A DNA stretch of 42,272 nucleotides from a virus (lineage: Duplodnaviria; Caudoviricetes): the IMG/VR virus record IMGVR_UViG_3300025018_000044, positions 1 to 42,272 of that record; one strand, given 5' to 3'. Of this stretch, positions 1-9,795 are shown in pieces. Every line of letters starts with the position of its first letter. Positions within the stretch are counted from its first letter, which is position 1. The translations under genes and the position numbers were made by a program. Under the pieces are notes generated by a model that searched no databases, was not told the origin of the DNA, and saw only the letters and a program-made list of their open reading frames with translations.

Positions 1-127
1 GCCGTTTGCATTCATCACGAACGAGGTCACGTTTCCGAGTCGACCTTTCGGAATCTTACGGGACTGGTCATCGTATGATTGACGCCGCGCTTGATGCGCT
101 TGCGGCCGAATTCAAGCGCGTTCGCGC
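1..127. repeat. 127-bp terminal direct repeat (identical to 42146-42272); circular assembly overlap
   Basis: Exact identity of the first and last 127 nt. It cuts through coding sequence, and 127 is a common assembler k-mer size. Confidence 0.9.
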
Positions 128-259
128 CGAAGCTCCGGTCGTCCTGGTTCCAGACGAAGACGAACGTTCGCGCATCTTGGCGCGGTCGGAATCATCGTAA
201 GACTTCGGCGCGAAAACGATGCGCTTCGAAGTGAATTGGAAAAGAAATCAACATGTTAA
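75..259 (+). pseudogene. Small hypothetical gene with an apparent 1-nt frameshift near 165-190
   Basis: ATG 75 overlaps the upstream stop (ATGA). The frame stops at 200, but the -1 frame continues FAHLGAVGIIVRLRRENDALRSELEKKSTC to TAA 259, which looks coiled-coil-like. Confidence 0.4.
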
Positions 260-382
260 GCGACATTTGACGCATCGACGGCGCAGGGTTCTAAGCTCTG
301 CGCCGTTAACGTACGGCCTTGCGATTATTGACAAAGTTGTTGTAATACTGAGAGGGTTTTCGCGAACCAGACCAGGCGCGCG

Positions 383-2818
383 ATGCTCAACGCAATCAAA
401 TCGTTTTTTAACAGTCCCGAAACGAAGCGTAACGCCATCGTCGACCCTTCGCGACGCATTACCGCGCTAGACGGTAAAAAGCCTACCACGGCGCTTCAAA
501 ACGCATTCGATGTCGCGCTCGCTCGGACCGGAATCAATTCCTTACCATTACTGCGCGAACAATCCGCGCCAAAAAGCCTTTGGCTTGGCGAAGACGTGTT
601 CCGTTCGCCGGATGGACTTTCGTTCGTCCTTTCCGACGGAACGCGCGACGAAGCCGAATACGTCGGCTCCGGCGTTTCGTTCATTTCAGACCCGCCGACC
701 GGCGACGGCGCCGCCTGGTCCGATGGCATGGTATACAATCGCGACAAGACGCAACGGTTTCTACCGGCCGAGGGTCGCGGACTTATCGCCGACCATGGTT
801 CATTTTATCAAACATACCTGGAATGCGGTCCGTTACGTCGCTCGCACGCGAAGCTCGTCGCTCCGTTGCATACCGGCGTTTGGCGCGTTCGTCCGCCGGA
901 AATAACGGCCGACGATATTCCGCGCGGAATGACGTTGGACCAGGCGCGCACGATGTATCTGCGTCAATCCAAGTTCGCCGAGCGTCGTTTGATGCGCGGG
1001 CTTGAAGGCGGCTTTTCGAAATTCATTCACGAGGCTTCGCTCGGCTTGATTCAGGGCTTTTCGCCGTTCGTCGAACTTTACGCGCCGCCGACGCCTGGGA
1101 ATCCGGCGTTACTTCGTCGACTTCAATACATTTGGCCGTCGAACATCGACCGTTACTTCGTCGACTCCGACGAATCAATCGTCGCGGTTTCGATGTATGG
1201 CGCCGGCGGAACCGACAAAAAGGTCGTCGACGCTTCGCATATGTCCATTTTTTCATGGGATGAGGTCGGCTTAGACCCTGAAGGCAACGGATATGCGCGC
1301 TCGGTCGTCGTATGGTGGGAAATCCTGCAAATGGCGTCGCGGCTCGAAGCAATCGTTAACGAAAAATTCGGCTCGCCGTATGTTTGGGTATCGCGCAAGC
1401 CTGGCGAAAACGCTGGCAAAAAGGAAGACGTCGAAAAGCTTACCGAGGTCATTGCCGCCGCAATCGCCGCCGAAAATCCTATCATTCAACTTCCGGACGG
1501 CGTGTCGATTTCGGTATCAGGCGCGACCGGCGGAATTCCATCGTTCGACGGAATGAAGCGGTTCGCGCTGGAACGCATCAACGAAATCCTGGTCGGCGAG
1601 TCTTCGCTTATCGCCGTCGGCCAAGCCGGTTCGTTTGCGGCTCGTGAATCCGCATCGTCCGACGCAACCGGTTTCGCGCCGCGAATCGCCAAATGGATTT
1701 CGGACAATTTGAACGGCGCCGACAATCGCCGGACGACCGGAATCATTCCGAAGATGGTCGACAACGCCTTCGCCGGCGTTCCGGTTCCTGGTCTGTATCC
1801 TGAAATCGAATTCAGTCTTACCGGCTTCGACGATTCCATCGGAACCGAAAAAATCATCGCAGCGAGCGCGGCCGGCCTGGTCGACGCAAATTACGAAGTT
1901 CGCGTATACATGCACGAGCGCTTGAAGCTTCCGCCGCCGACGCCGCAGGATGAACCGCCGCAGACTTCCGCCAGGGTTGAACCGCCGGCCGCAGGGGCGC
2001 CGCTCGCGTTACCTGCGCCGGCGACTTCAATTCAAGCGGCTTTCAGACTTTCGGACATCGACCCGATAGCAGTATCGAAGTCGCTCGATAGGTTCGACGC
2101 GAAGATGTCGGACTTGATGACGTCGGCCGTCGCCGCATGGACGAAGCGCGTTACCGACGCTCTGGACGTCCAGCGCAGGACGAACGAAATCAACGTCGAA
2201 TTTCTTTTCGCGACGTTTGAGCAGCTTCGACCGACGCTTCAATCGGCCATCTTAGCGGCCGCGCAAGGTTCGGCCGTCGCGACGATGCGGTATGGAGCGC
2301 AAACGCTTGGCGACCAACTTGGACACGCCGTCAACGCCGATGGCGTCGAACTACTTGTCGACTCTGCGGCGCTTACCCTTCGCATTCAGCTTGTCGCGAA
2401 CGAAATCGTTCAAAGGTCCGAAGGGCTTATCGCCGAAAAATTCGTTCAATTTGCGCGCGGCGAAGCGAACATCGGAATTCCGAAGCTCGCCGAATCGACC
2501 ATCGCGTCGGCGGCGTCGAAGGTTACGTCGACCGCATTAAATCTTGGACGCGAGGCGATGATGACGGAAGTAATCGAACGCGCCGCGACGCTCGGAATCT
2601 CGACGAACGTCATCGCGGAACGCTCGGCCGTCATGGACCAGAACACTTGTGCTCAATGCGCCGCGCTTGATGGCGCACGCGTCAAGTTCGGTTCGCGGGC
2701 TTACTTCAACATTTCGCCGCCGAACAAATGCGCCGGCGGCGACCGTTGTCGATGTATTTTCACTTTCATTTTGCCAGACGAAGACGGTTACGCCGATGCG
2801 TTGGCGAGGTTGCTTTAA
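383..2818 (+). CDS. Portal protein (DUF935/Mu gp29-like) fused to a C-terminal MuF-like head morphogenesis domain
   Basis: First gene of the head module. Portal-like segments (GFSPFVELY, EKFGSPY, GSFAARE), a Pro-rich linker, then the MuF-type Cys motif SAVMDQNTCAQCAALDG...PPNKC...CRC. Confidence 0.75.
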   Translation: MLNAIKSFFNSPETKRNAIVDPSRRITALDGKKPTTALQNAFDVALARTGINSLPLLREQSAPKSLWLGEDVFRSPDGLSFVLSDGTRDEAEYVGSGVSFISDPPTGDGAAWSDGMVYNRDKTQRFLPAEGRGLIADHGSFYQTYLECGPLRRSHAKLVAPLHTGVWRVRPPEITADDIPRGMTLDQARTMYLRQSKFAERRLMRGLEGGFSKFIHEASLGLIQGFSPFVELYAPPTPGNPALLRRLQYIWPSNIDRYFVDSDESIVAVSMYGAGGTDKKVVDASHMSIFSWDEVGLDPEGNGYARSVVVWWEILQMASRLEAIVNEKFGSPYVWVSRKPGENAGKKEDVEKLTEVIAAAIAAENPIIQLPDGVSISVSGATGGIPSFDGMKRFALERINEILVGESSLIAVGQAGSFAARESASSDATGFAPRIAKWISDNLNGADNRRTTGIIPKMVDNAFAGVPVPGLYPEIEFSLTGFDDSIGTEKIIAASAAGLVDANYEVRVYMHERLKLPPPTPQDEPPQTSARVEPPAAGAPLALPAPATSIQAAFRLSDIDPIAVSKSLDRFDAKMSDLMTSAVAAWTKRVTDALDVQRRTNEINVEFLFATFEQLRPTLQSAILAAAQGSAVATMRYGAQTLGDQLGHAVNADGVELLVDSAALTLRIQLVANEIVQRSEGLIAEKFVQFARGEANIGIPKLAESTIASAASKVTSTALNLGREAMMTEVIERAATLGISTNVIAERSAVMDQNTCAQCAALDGARVKFGSRAYFNISPPNKCAGGDRCRCIFTFILPDEDGYADALARLL

Positions 2819-3912
2819 TGAATACGTTTTCAGCGGAAATCAAAGCGTTCGCGCCGGCAGGAAATCTTCAATGGTTGCCAGTTATCGCGAAACAAGAGCT
2901 CGTTGCGAAGTCCGGCGAGCGCGCCGAAATGACCTTCGAATATATGCGCGGGCTTCGCGATTCGCTTCGGAAGTATTACGCCGACTTGGCCGAGCTTGGC
3001 ATCATGTACCGGCGACCAGTCATTATTGAGCATATGATTTCGGATTTCGCCGACGACTTGCAACATACGACGGCTCCGACCGGTCGGCGTTCCGGCGACA
3101 TCCTGGACGCCGAAATAAGGATGTATGACGCGACGACCCTTTCGGCCGACGGTCCGGCCGCACGCTGGACGCTATTCCTTAAAGTCGATTGGCGCGACCA
3201 TGCGTTCGCCGCAATCCTGGACAAGACGCTCGAGCACGTGTCAATCCATACATTGCCAACGTATACCGACCCGCAAACCGACATCACATACGAGCCTTTC
3301 ATCCTGGAATTGTCCGAAACCATCAAGCCGATGGTCAAAGATTTTCCGGTTTTTTCCACTGTAGACAACGAGGTTTTGAAGCGGGTCGGTTTGCGACTTG
3401 CGGACGACCCGAAACGACCCGAGGTCAAAATGACACCCGAAGAAATCAAACAATTGTTCGACCAATCCTTTGAAACCGCAATGCTTCCAATCGTGGAACG
3501 CATGAACGCGCTTGAAGCGATGGTCGCCGAAAAGAAACCAGCGGAAGGCGAAGGCGACGGCGACGGCGTCGAAGCCGGCGACGTTCCTGCGGTCGTTCCT
3601 GCGGTCGCTCCTGCGGTCGTTCCTGCGGCGCCGGTTGCGCCTTTGGCCGTCGCAGCAAGCGACAACCAGTCGGCGGTTCTTGCCGAGCTTGCCAAAATCG
3701 GAAGCCGGCTGACAGCAATCGAAGGCGTCCAGGTTGCAGCTTCGAAGGTTCGAACGACTGCGGTTTCGATGTATGGCGCCGGAACCGGCTTCAAAGCAGG
3801 CGACCCGACGAAGCTTTCGGAAGAGGCCGCATGGGCGAAGGCCGAAGCCGAACTCGGTAAGGGTGCGGACATCCGCGCCATCGCGCGCCGCGCTCGTCAA
3901 TTGTCGGCCTAA
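2818..3912 (+). CDS. Prohead protease/scaffold protein (Mu gpI-like)
   Basis: TAATG-coupled to the portal and located between portal and capsid. N-terminal globular part (PVIIEH, ILELSET..P) and a low-complexity Ala/Pro helical C-terminus. Confidence 0.65.
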   Translation: MNTFSAEIKAFAPAGNLQWLPVIAKQELVAKSGERAEMTFEYMRGLRDSLRKYYADLAELGIMYRRPVIIEHMISDFADDLQHTTAPTGRRSGDILDAEIRMYDATTLSADGPAARWTLFLKVDWRDHAFAAILDKTLEHVSIHTLPTYTDPQTDITYEPFILELSETIKPMVKDFPVFSTVDNEVLKRVGLRLADDPKRPEVKMTPEEIKQLFDQSFETAMLPIVERMNALEAMVAEKKPAEGEGDGDGVEAGDVPAVVPAVAPAVVPAAPVAPLAVAASDNQSAVLAELAKIGSRLTAIEGVQVAASKVRTTAVSMYGAGTGFKAGDPTKLSEEAAWAKAEAELGKGADIRAIARRARQLSA

Positions 3913-3971
3913 TCGGCCAAACCGAAACCAGAACAACAACAAAAACGCCGCTTAAATCAGAGAGTTTAAAA

Positions 3972-4682
3972 ATGGTACAGCCAATCAACTTCGCAAAGCT
4001 TTCGACCGTGTCGCTTACTGCGATGCTACTTGTCGGACTTACTTCGACGGCGGACACGTTCGCCCTTACCGCAAACGGAACCGCGCAGGTTCTTGGCGTA
4101 ACCGACGAAGTCGTTACCGCCGACCAATTGGCGCGCAAGGTGCAAACGCTTCATGCGCCGTTCGGCTTGCATCGACTGATTGCGTCGGGCGCGATCCCGG
4201 CTCAATCGCCAATCGCTCCGGCCGCAGGCGGAAAGACGCAGGCGGCGACGTCTGGCGTCGCGAGCTTTAACGTTATCGGAATCGCTTTGACTGCGGCCGC
4301 GGCCGATGGCGATTCGTATTACGCGTTTCTCGGCCAAACGCCGTTGAACGTCGAATCGACGGTCGGAACCGAAGCTGCAAACGCTATCGCCTTGACCTTG
4401 CAGACGAACCTTAAAGGCTCGTTTCAGTACCAGGCGCATTTGATTTTGAATGCGACCGGCGCGATTGCATTGTCGGCGGCTTACACGATGGCCGTTTCCG
4501 GCGGCGGAACCGCAATCTCCACCACGGCGCAGGGTCAATTGACTTTCAGGACTTCCGACGCAGGCGCGGCCGTCTTGACTGTTACCGACGTCTCTGGCTC
4601 GTCGACCGCATCGCTTCGCGTCATGCTTACGCCAATCGGCGTCGCAGGCGCAGCGCATCAAAAGGCTATCACTTTCGCCTAA
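3972..4682 (+). CDS. Capsid decoration/cement protein
   Basis: Between scaffold and capsid. Ala/Gly/Thr-rich beta protein with a GIALTAAAADGD decoration-like motif. Confidence 0.6.
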   Translation: MVQPINFAKLSTVSLTAMLLVGLTSTADTFALTANGTAQVLGVTDEVVTADQLARKVQTLHAPFGLHRLIASGAIPAQSPIAPAAGGKTQAATSGVASFNVIGIALTAAAADGDSYYAFLGQTPLNVESTVGTEAANAIALTLQTNLKGSFQYQAHLILNATGAIALSAAYTMAVSGGGTAISTTAQGQLTFRTSDAGAAVLTVTDVSGSSTASLRVMLTPIGVAGAAHQKAITFA

Positions 4683-4744
4683 TCGCGAGGGTTGATTTCA
4701 TAGTGTAGAAAACAACAAACACGCCGCTTTGCAGGTTTAAAAAT

Positions 4745-5671
4745 ATGTCCGGTTTTTCTCTTCCAACTATCTCGCCCGTTTTTCGGGACAAAATCCACCA
4801 CGGCCTAATCGGAAGCGAAATCTCGCTTTTCGAACAAGTGTTCGGCGTCCAGAACACGCGCCAACTTTCCGGCTCGCTTCCGTACGTTCCGTCGAAGTAC
4901 GAACTCGGTCAATTGAAGGAAAAGACGAAAGTCGGCCTTAAAGCCGAAGCCGAAGTCGAAGATATGGAACTTGCGTCCATGCCCTTTCAAATCGTGTCCA
5001 AGTATGCGAAGGCCGGCTCGGTCCATATTGCAGCAATCGACGCCATGGAAGAAAATTCCGGCGAAGACTTGGCGGCTTTGACGCTGAAACAAGCCGTTCG
5101 AAAGACGGCGTTCGCCATCGACGTTGACGGTAAGGACTACTTGACGAACACGACCCTCAATGGCGTGACAATCAATGGAACGATTACCGTTACCGCCGCA
5201 TGGGCCGACGAAACGAACGCACGTCCATTGAAGGACCTTGATGCGGCTTGCGACAAAGTCGGAAATCCGGACACGATTTGGCTCGGCCTGAACTTCGCGC
5301 GACTGCTTGCATCGCTCCCGAGCATCAAAGCACGCATCGCGAACTTTAACGCCGTCGACGGTCGCGTTTCCTTCCAGGAGCTCGCCGGCGTCATTCAGCG
5401 TCATTACGACTTCATTCGTAACGTCGTCATCGACAACACTTCGTATAATTCCGCCAATCCAATGCAAACGGCCGTGTTCGCGCGAACGTTTGACTCGGTC
5501 GCATGGGTAGGAAATTCCGAGCAAATGAAGTGCGTCGAAAACACGAAGCTTCGTAAAGCCGCGATTTACGCGGACGAACGCAAAGACATCGTCGTGGGCG
5601 AGTCGGTTCGATACCTTACGTTCGCACGTGGCGAAGCTTCGCAGGGTTGCTTGATTCAGGGTATCGCGTAA
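4745..5671 (+). CDS. Major capsid protein
   Basis: Position, 308 aa length, and a capsid-E-like WADETNARPLKDL...PDTIWLG motif. Confidence 0.75.
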   Translation: MSGFSLPTISPVFRDKIHHGLIGSEISLFEQVFGVQNTRQLSGSLPYVPSKYELGQLKEKTKVGLKAEAEVEDMELASMPFQIVSKYAKAGSVHIAAIDAMEENSGEDLAALTLKQAVRKTAFAIDVDGKDYLTNTTLNGVTINGTITVTAAWADETNARPLKDLDAACDKVGNPDTIWLGLNFARLLASLPSIKARIANFNAVDGRVSFQELAGVIQRHYDFIRNVVIDNTSYNSANPMQTAVFARTFDSVAWVGNSEQMKCVENTKLRKAAIYADERKDIVVGESVRYLTFARGEASQGCLIQGIA

Positions 5672-5674
5672 TAC

Positions 5675-5806
5675 GCAAAGGCCGAAGGGTTTGGACCAGT
5701 GCATCGGCGCCTGGTTCGTCGGTTCGATTCCGACCGGTCTGCTTTATCAAATACGGCGATTCGTCGCCGTGAAGCGTCGCACGTAATAGCGGCCGTGCGG
5801 CGTTTC
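5675..5806 (+). ncRNA. Structured intergenic RNA: D-armless tRNA-like element plus two hairpins
   Basis: T-arm GTCGG-TTCGATT-CCGAC (5718-5734), acceptor-like AGGCCG/CGGTCT, helix GGACCAG/CTGGTTC. Then ACGGCGA-TTCG-TCGCCGT and a 13-bp stem at 5771-5806. Confidence 0.55.
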
Positions 5807-5824
5807 GAATTCCAAGGAGAGTGC

Positions 5825-6487
5825 ATGTTACTTTTTTCGAAGCCTGAAAACATCAAAGACCGGATGAACTTCGGAGGTCGCGAGCTTTCGGCTCTGGAAT
5901 CGCCGTCCGGCGTAAGCATCGCGGCCGGCTCGGCATTTTGGGCGCCGCGTGACTGGTACGAGCCGAGGTCGCATTGGGATTGGTTGACGGTCGTCGACGA
6001 CAAAGGAATCGGCCAACGTTTTGAAATTCCGAAAATCCTTACTGACGCAGTCGCGCGGATGGTCGCTCTTTACGGACCATGCGACGGACCGTACGCGATG
6101 GAAATCATCGACGGCGAAGCGTTTGCGAAGGCGGCGCTGTACGATGTCGAATACGTTCCGGCCGACATCGGACCAGACGACGAAGACTACGACGAAGGCG
6201 ACCAGGCCGAAGGCGACGACGATGCGAACGAAGACGATAACAAAGGCGCTTCAATCGATAACGAAGACGGCGAACAAGATATCGACGGCGATTCGAAAGA
6301 TGGCGCCGAAACTTCCGACGAAGCCGAAGGCGGCGCCGACGAGCCTTCCGCCGATGATGGCGAAGGCGATTCCGACGAGCCTGATACGAGCGAATTTAAG
6401 GCCGATACAGACGACGCCGGCGAAGTGGAAGCCGACGACGAAGAGCCGGTCGTCAAACGTCGCGGACGTCCGCGCAAGGCGAAATGA
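5825..6487 (+). CDS. Hypothetical head-region protein with a long acidic tract and C-terminal AT-hook-like KRRGRPRK
   Basis: AAGGAG ribosome site before ATG 5825; Asp/Glu-rich C-terminal half. Confidence 0.7.
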   Translation: MLLFSKPENIKDRMNFGGRELSALESPSGVSIAAGSAFWAPRDWYEPRSHWDWLTVVDDKGIGQRFEIPKILTDAVARMVALYGPCDGPYAMEIIDGEAFAKAALYDVEYVPADIGPDDEDYDEGDQAEGDDDANEDDNKGASIDNEDGEQDIDGDSKDGAETSDEAEGGADEPSADDGEGDSDEPDTSEFKADTDDAGEVEADDEEPVVKRRGRPRKAK

Positions 6488-6921
6488 TGGCAACCGCGCA
6501 CGGAGTGACATCCGACAATGTACTCGACGAGCTTGCAGGCGTTGACGTCCGCAACATCAAAGCCGGGCTTGCGACGAACATTACGCTTACCAAAATATCC
6601 GAATGGATTACCGAGGGCGCCAATATCATGCAAGGCGTGTTCGATTCCATCGGTGCCTCGGTATCTGGCGACGTCGCATTGACGACTTTCGCGCGCGGAG
6701 TCCTGGCGTTCGCAAAATCGCGATGTTACGAACGCTTGAATCATTTGGAACAATACCGCGCCGCGGCCGCTGAATTCGCTTCCGCGAAGGCCGACGCGCG
6801 AAAGACTCCGGTCGAAACCGGCGGCGTTCAATCTGGAATCGTGACGAACGTCAATACGAGCGACCCTTACAAAAAAACATTCGCCGAATCACGAAACGGC
6901 GACGGCTTCAAAGGTTGGTAA
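6484..6921 (+). CDS. Putative head-tail adaptor
   Basis: Position after the capsid gene, 145 aa helical protein, ATGA coupling. Confidence 0.5.
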   Translation: MMATAHGVTSDNVLDELAGVDVRNIKAGLATNITLTKISEWITEGANIMQGVFDSIGASVSGDVALTTFARGVLAFAKSRCYERLNHLEQYRAAAAEFASAKADARKTPVETGGVQSGIVTNVNTSDPYKKTFAESRNGDGFKGW

Positions 6922-6922
6922 T

Positions 6923-7129
6923 ATGAAAACGCTTTTTATCATGAATATGACTGCGCTCGGACACGACATCGGCTCCGAAATCGAACTCGATACGAAGTCC
7001 GAAGACTATCGGACCCTGGAAGGTATCGGCGCGATTCGGCCGAAGCCGGAACCTGCGGCGGAAACTCCGGAACCTGCGGCGGAAACTTCGGAACCTGCGG
7101 CGGAAACTTCGAAGGCCAAGAAGAAATGA
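6923..7129 (+). CDS. Small virion-region protein with PEPAAET repeats
   Basis: Fills the gap between coupled neighbours; contains three 21-bp tandem repeats. Confidence 0.65.
   Translation: MKTLFIMNMTALGHDIGSEIELDTKSEDYRTLEGIGAIRPKPEPAAETPEPAAETSEPAAETSKAKKK
7046..7108 (+). repeat. 3 x 21-bp in-frame tandem repeat
   Basis: (c/t)cggaacctgcggcggaaact repeated three times. Confidence 0.9.
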
Positions 7130-7665
7130 ACCTTGTAGACCTTCGAATAGGCGTGCGCGGCGAACAAGCCGTTTCGCGCAAAATCGGACTTGCGGCCGAA
7201 GTCATCGGCGATTTGCGCGACGTGTTCGACGAGGATTTACATCCGTTCATGTTGGACCATATGAAATCGCAATTCGCGACGTCTGGTCGGCATGGCGGGA
7301 AACCATGGGCTTCGTACGATAAGGAGCCGAAATATACCGCCTATAAAATCGCGCTCGTCGGACATCTTGACGTTTTGCGATGGCAGAAAGGCGGACCGTT
7401 TGAGCGATTGTTTCCATCGCTTGTCGACAAAACCGACGTCGACCATGTTTGGAAGACTTCCGGAAAGTCGGCGCAGTTTGGAACTCGCCTGAAATACGCC
7501 GCAAGGTTGAACGAAGGCGGCGTCGGACCGTTTGGCGAAAGCTATCCTGGTCGAAAAATGTTGGCGATGACGGACCAGCAAAAGAAATTGATGATTACGA
7601 CGATTCAGCGCGGAATCGTTTCCAGGATAGGCGCGAACACGCTTCGAAGAGCAAGGGTCACTTGA
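7126..7665 (+). CDS. Virion morphogenesis/neck protein (Mu gpG-like)
   Basis: Motifs QFATSGR..GKPW, FGTRLKYAARLNEGG and PGRKML are typical of this family. Confidence 0.7.
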   Translation: MNLVDLRIGVRGEQAVSRKIGLAAEVIGDLRDVFDEDLHPFMLDHMKSQFATSGRHGGKPWASYDKEPKYTAYKIALVGHLDVLRWQKGGPFERLFPSLVDKTDVDHVWKTSGKSAQFGTRLKYAARLNEGGVGPFGESYPGRKMLAMTDQQKKLMITTIQRGIVSRIGANTLRRARVT

Positions 7666-8279
7666 TGGCGAACTATATTCCACAACACGTCGCAGAAACC
7701 GCGGCTCTTCGCTTTATCAAGTCTGCGCTTGATTCGTCGTTTGCGGCCGACTTGACGTCGCTTTACGACTTAACCGCCGACCATACCGGAACCGGCGCGC
7801 ATGTCGTTCCTGGCGTTTACCTTCCGGCTCCGGACGATTGGTATATTCAAAGCGGACCTACGAACGACGCGTATAAGGACGTCGGATATAACATCGGGTA
7901 CATCCTTCCGACTTCGCCGGTTCGACAAATTGGAAACGCGTCGAATGCGCTCGCCGACGGCTTCGTATGGCAATGCGAACAAGACTTCGCGGTTACGATG
8001 GTTTTCGGCGTTGCGCCGCAGGCTGAATTGACCATCGACGGCGACGTATGTCGCGAAGAGGAAATCCTTCGTTACCGCGCTTCGTATTACGCCGGCGCGT
8101 TGGCGCATACCTGCTTTGCGCGACTCTTCGGAAACGAAGCTTGTCGCGCAAACATGCCGATTCAACGGACATCGGACCAGGCCGAATTTAAAATATCCGA
8201 ATCAAGTTATGGACTGCTCGGCGTCGCCGAGTGTCAATTTCGGGTCTATTCACAACAATTATTTCCGGCGCATACATAG
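7665..8279 (+). CDS. Putative tail terminator
   Basis: TGATG coupling at 7665; position immediately before the tail tube gene. Confidence 0.5.
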   Translation: MANYIPQHVAETAALRFIKSALDSSFAADLTSLYDLTADHTGTGAHVVPGVYLPAPDDWYIQSGPTNDAYKDVGYNIGYILPTSPVRQIGNASNALADGFVWQCEQDFAVTMVFGVAPQAELTIDGDVCREEEILRYRASYYAGALAHTCFARLFGNEACRANMPIQRTSDQAEFKISESSYGLLGVAECQFRVYSQQLFPAHT

Positions 8280-8302
8280 GCCGGTCGACCAGAGGTTAAA
8301 AA

Positions 8303-9304
8303 ATGCCAAATCAAATTGATTCAACATGTTTCGCGCTGCTTTCGAAAGCCGAAGCGACATATGGAGTCGACCCTGTACCGACGGAAGGGACCGACCTGCG
8401 CGGCGACGTTTCGATTACAATCGATAACCGCGTCGTTCCGGCCGCACGCCTTTGGCATTCGCAAAGTCGTGTCGAACATGGCGTCGTCCCGCATTCCATC
8501 GGATTCTCTTTCACCGTCGGCGTCGGCGGAATCAAACAAGCCGACGCCGGAACGCCTGGCGTTCATCCGTTTTTGGTCGGCTCCGGATATAACGCCGTTT
8601 TGACTGGAACGCTTCTCGCGAACAATTTGTCGGCGGCTTACAATTTGAAGTCGTTTGGCCATCTTTCTTACGCGATGTATGCGCATTATTTCGACAAGAC
8701 TTCCGGCCAAGTCATCCGGCTTAAAATGCTCGGATGTCGCGGAAATTCCGAATTCGTCATGTCGACCGCAGGCGAACTTTTGTTGAACGTTTCCGGAAAT
8801 TGCCTTTATGCGGAATACGAAGCGGCCGCGACCGTTGCGGCGCCGACATCATACGGAAACGGCGTCACTCCGCTTCGTGCGAAGTCGGTAACGCATACGC
8901 TCGGCGGAACCGTCCGAAGAATCAAACAATGGAGCTTGTCGACTAACTGGTCGGTCGGATTCGAAGAGGGTATCAACGGCGCCTATGTCGGAACTGAGGT
9001 CGTACTCGGCCGCGACGGTGCAAACGCGCCTGGCGGCTCGATTGACCCTGTGGCGTTGTCGACCGACTTCGCGGCTTCCGGCTCTCTTCGTGCGCAGTGG
9101 CAAGCCGCAACGGCGCAGGCGCACGCTCTTTCGTTCAACGATGGCGTTTCTTCGTTCGCCTATTCCGGACCGAAGGCGCAAATGTCCGGAACGCCACCTA
9201 TGCAATCCGACGGCGCGTTCAAACGCTTCAACGTTCCATACGTCTTGTCGGCGAATACAACCGCCGGCGATAACGAAGTCTTGATTACATTTGGAGAGGT
9301 ATAA
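8303..9304 (+). CDS. Tail tube (major tail) protein
   Basis: N-terminal KAEATYGVDP motif, a GCRG motif and a C-terminal DNEVLITF; precedes the chaperone and tape measure. Confidence 0.75.
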   Translation: MPNQIDSTCFALLSKAEATYGVDPVPTEGTDLRGDVSITIDNRVVPAARLWHSQSRVEHGVVPHSIGFSFTVGVGGIKQADAGTPGVHPFLVGSGYNAVLTGTLLANNLSAAYNLKSFGHLSYAMYAHYFDKTSGQVIRLKMLGCRGNSEFVMSTAGELLLNVSGNCLYAEYEAAATVAAPTSYGNGVTPLRAKSVTHTLGGTVRRIKQWSLSTNWSVGFEEGINGAYVGTEVVLGRDGANAPGGSIDPVALSTDFAASGSLRAQWQAATAQAHALSFNDGVSSFAYSGPKAQMSGTPPMQSDGAFKRFNVPYVLSANTTAGDNEVLITFGEV

Positions 9305-9306
9305 AC

Positions 9307-9795
9307 ATGTTTGATTTGGCCGCTATTGCCATCTTCGTACTTCCGGAATTCCGCGGACAAAAGGGAGCGCCGCAAGTCCGTTACCGATTGCCGAGCGCGT
9401 TCGAAGCCGTCCAGTATTCGACGGCGGCTTCGGACTTCCGGTTAAGCCGCGACATCGATGTTTTCAAGATGTCGTTCCATGCCGATTTTCCAATGTTCGC
9501 CGCGGAACGAATCGCGGCGTTCGTCGTAGGCGTCGACAACATCGGAAAGGCCGGAAGCCTGGTCGACTGGTCGGACTTGAACGACGAAGCTCGTGTCGAC
9601 CTTTTGTTGCGTCTTGGTACGACTCCGGACGACCGTTTGTTTACCCTTATCAAGCTTGCGCAAACCGTTTTCGTCGGACTTTCCGCCGAAGAAAAAAAAA
9701 GCTTAGAGAATACGTCCGTGCCAGATACGGACCAGAATCAACACGATGCAAATGCTCTTCTTGTACCGGGAATTTTGACGACCGAATCGCATTAG
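9307..9795 (+). CDS. Tail assembly chaperone (gpG-like)
   Basis: Between tube and tape measure; contains the slippery A-AAA-AAA at 9693-9699 (LSAEEKKS). Confidence 0.75.
   Translation: MFDLAAIAIFVLPEFRGQKGAPQVRYRLPSAFEAVQYSTAASDFRLSRDIDVFKMSFHADFPMFAAERIAAFVVGVDNIGKAGSLVDWSDLNDEARVDLLLRLGTTPDDRLFTLIKLAQTVFVGLSAEEKKSLENTSVPDTDQNQHDANALLVPGILTTESH

Noticed and set aside
3583-3627. 12-bp tandem repeats in the scaffold gene
   Set aside because: Encodes an ordinary PAVV low-complexity linker.
2976-5704. Long minus-strand ORFs (for example 2976-3881, 4805-5704, also 34564-35322)
   Set aside because: Antisense shadows of GC-rich + strand genes, with no motifs or ribosome sites.
5678-5742. Canonical tRNA gene
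   Set aside because: Only 33 nt lie between acceptor and T-arm, with no D stem, no anticodon loop and no CCA. Reported as tRNA-like instead.
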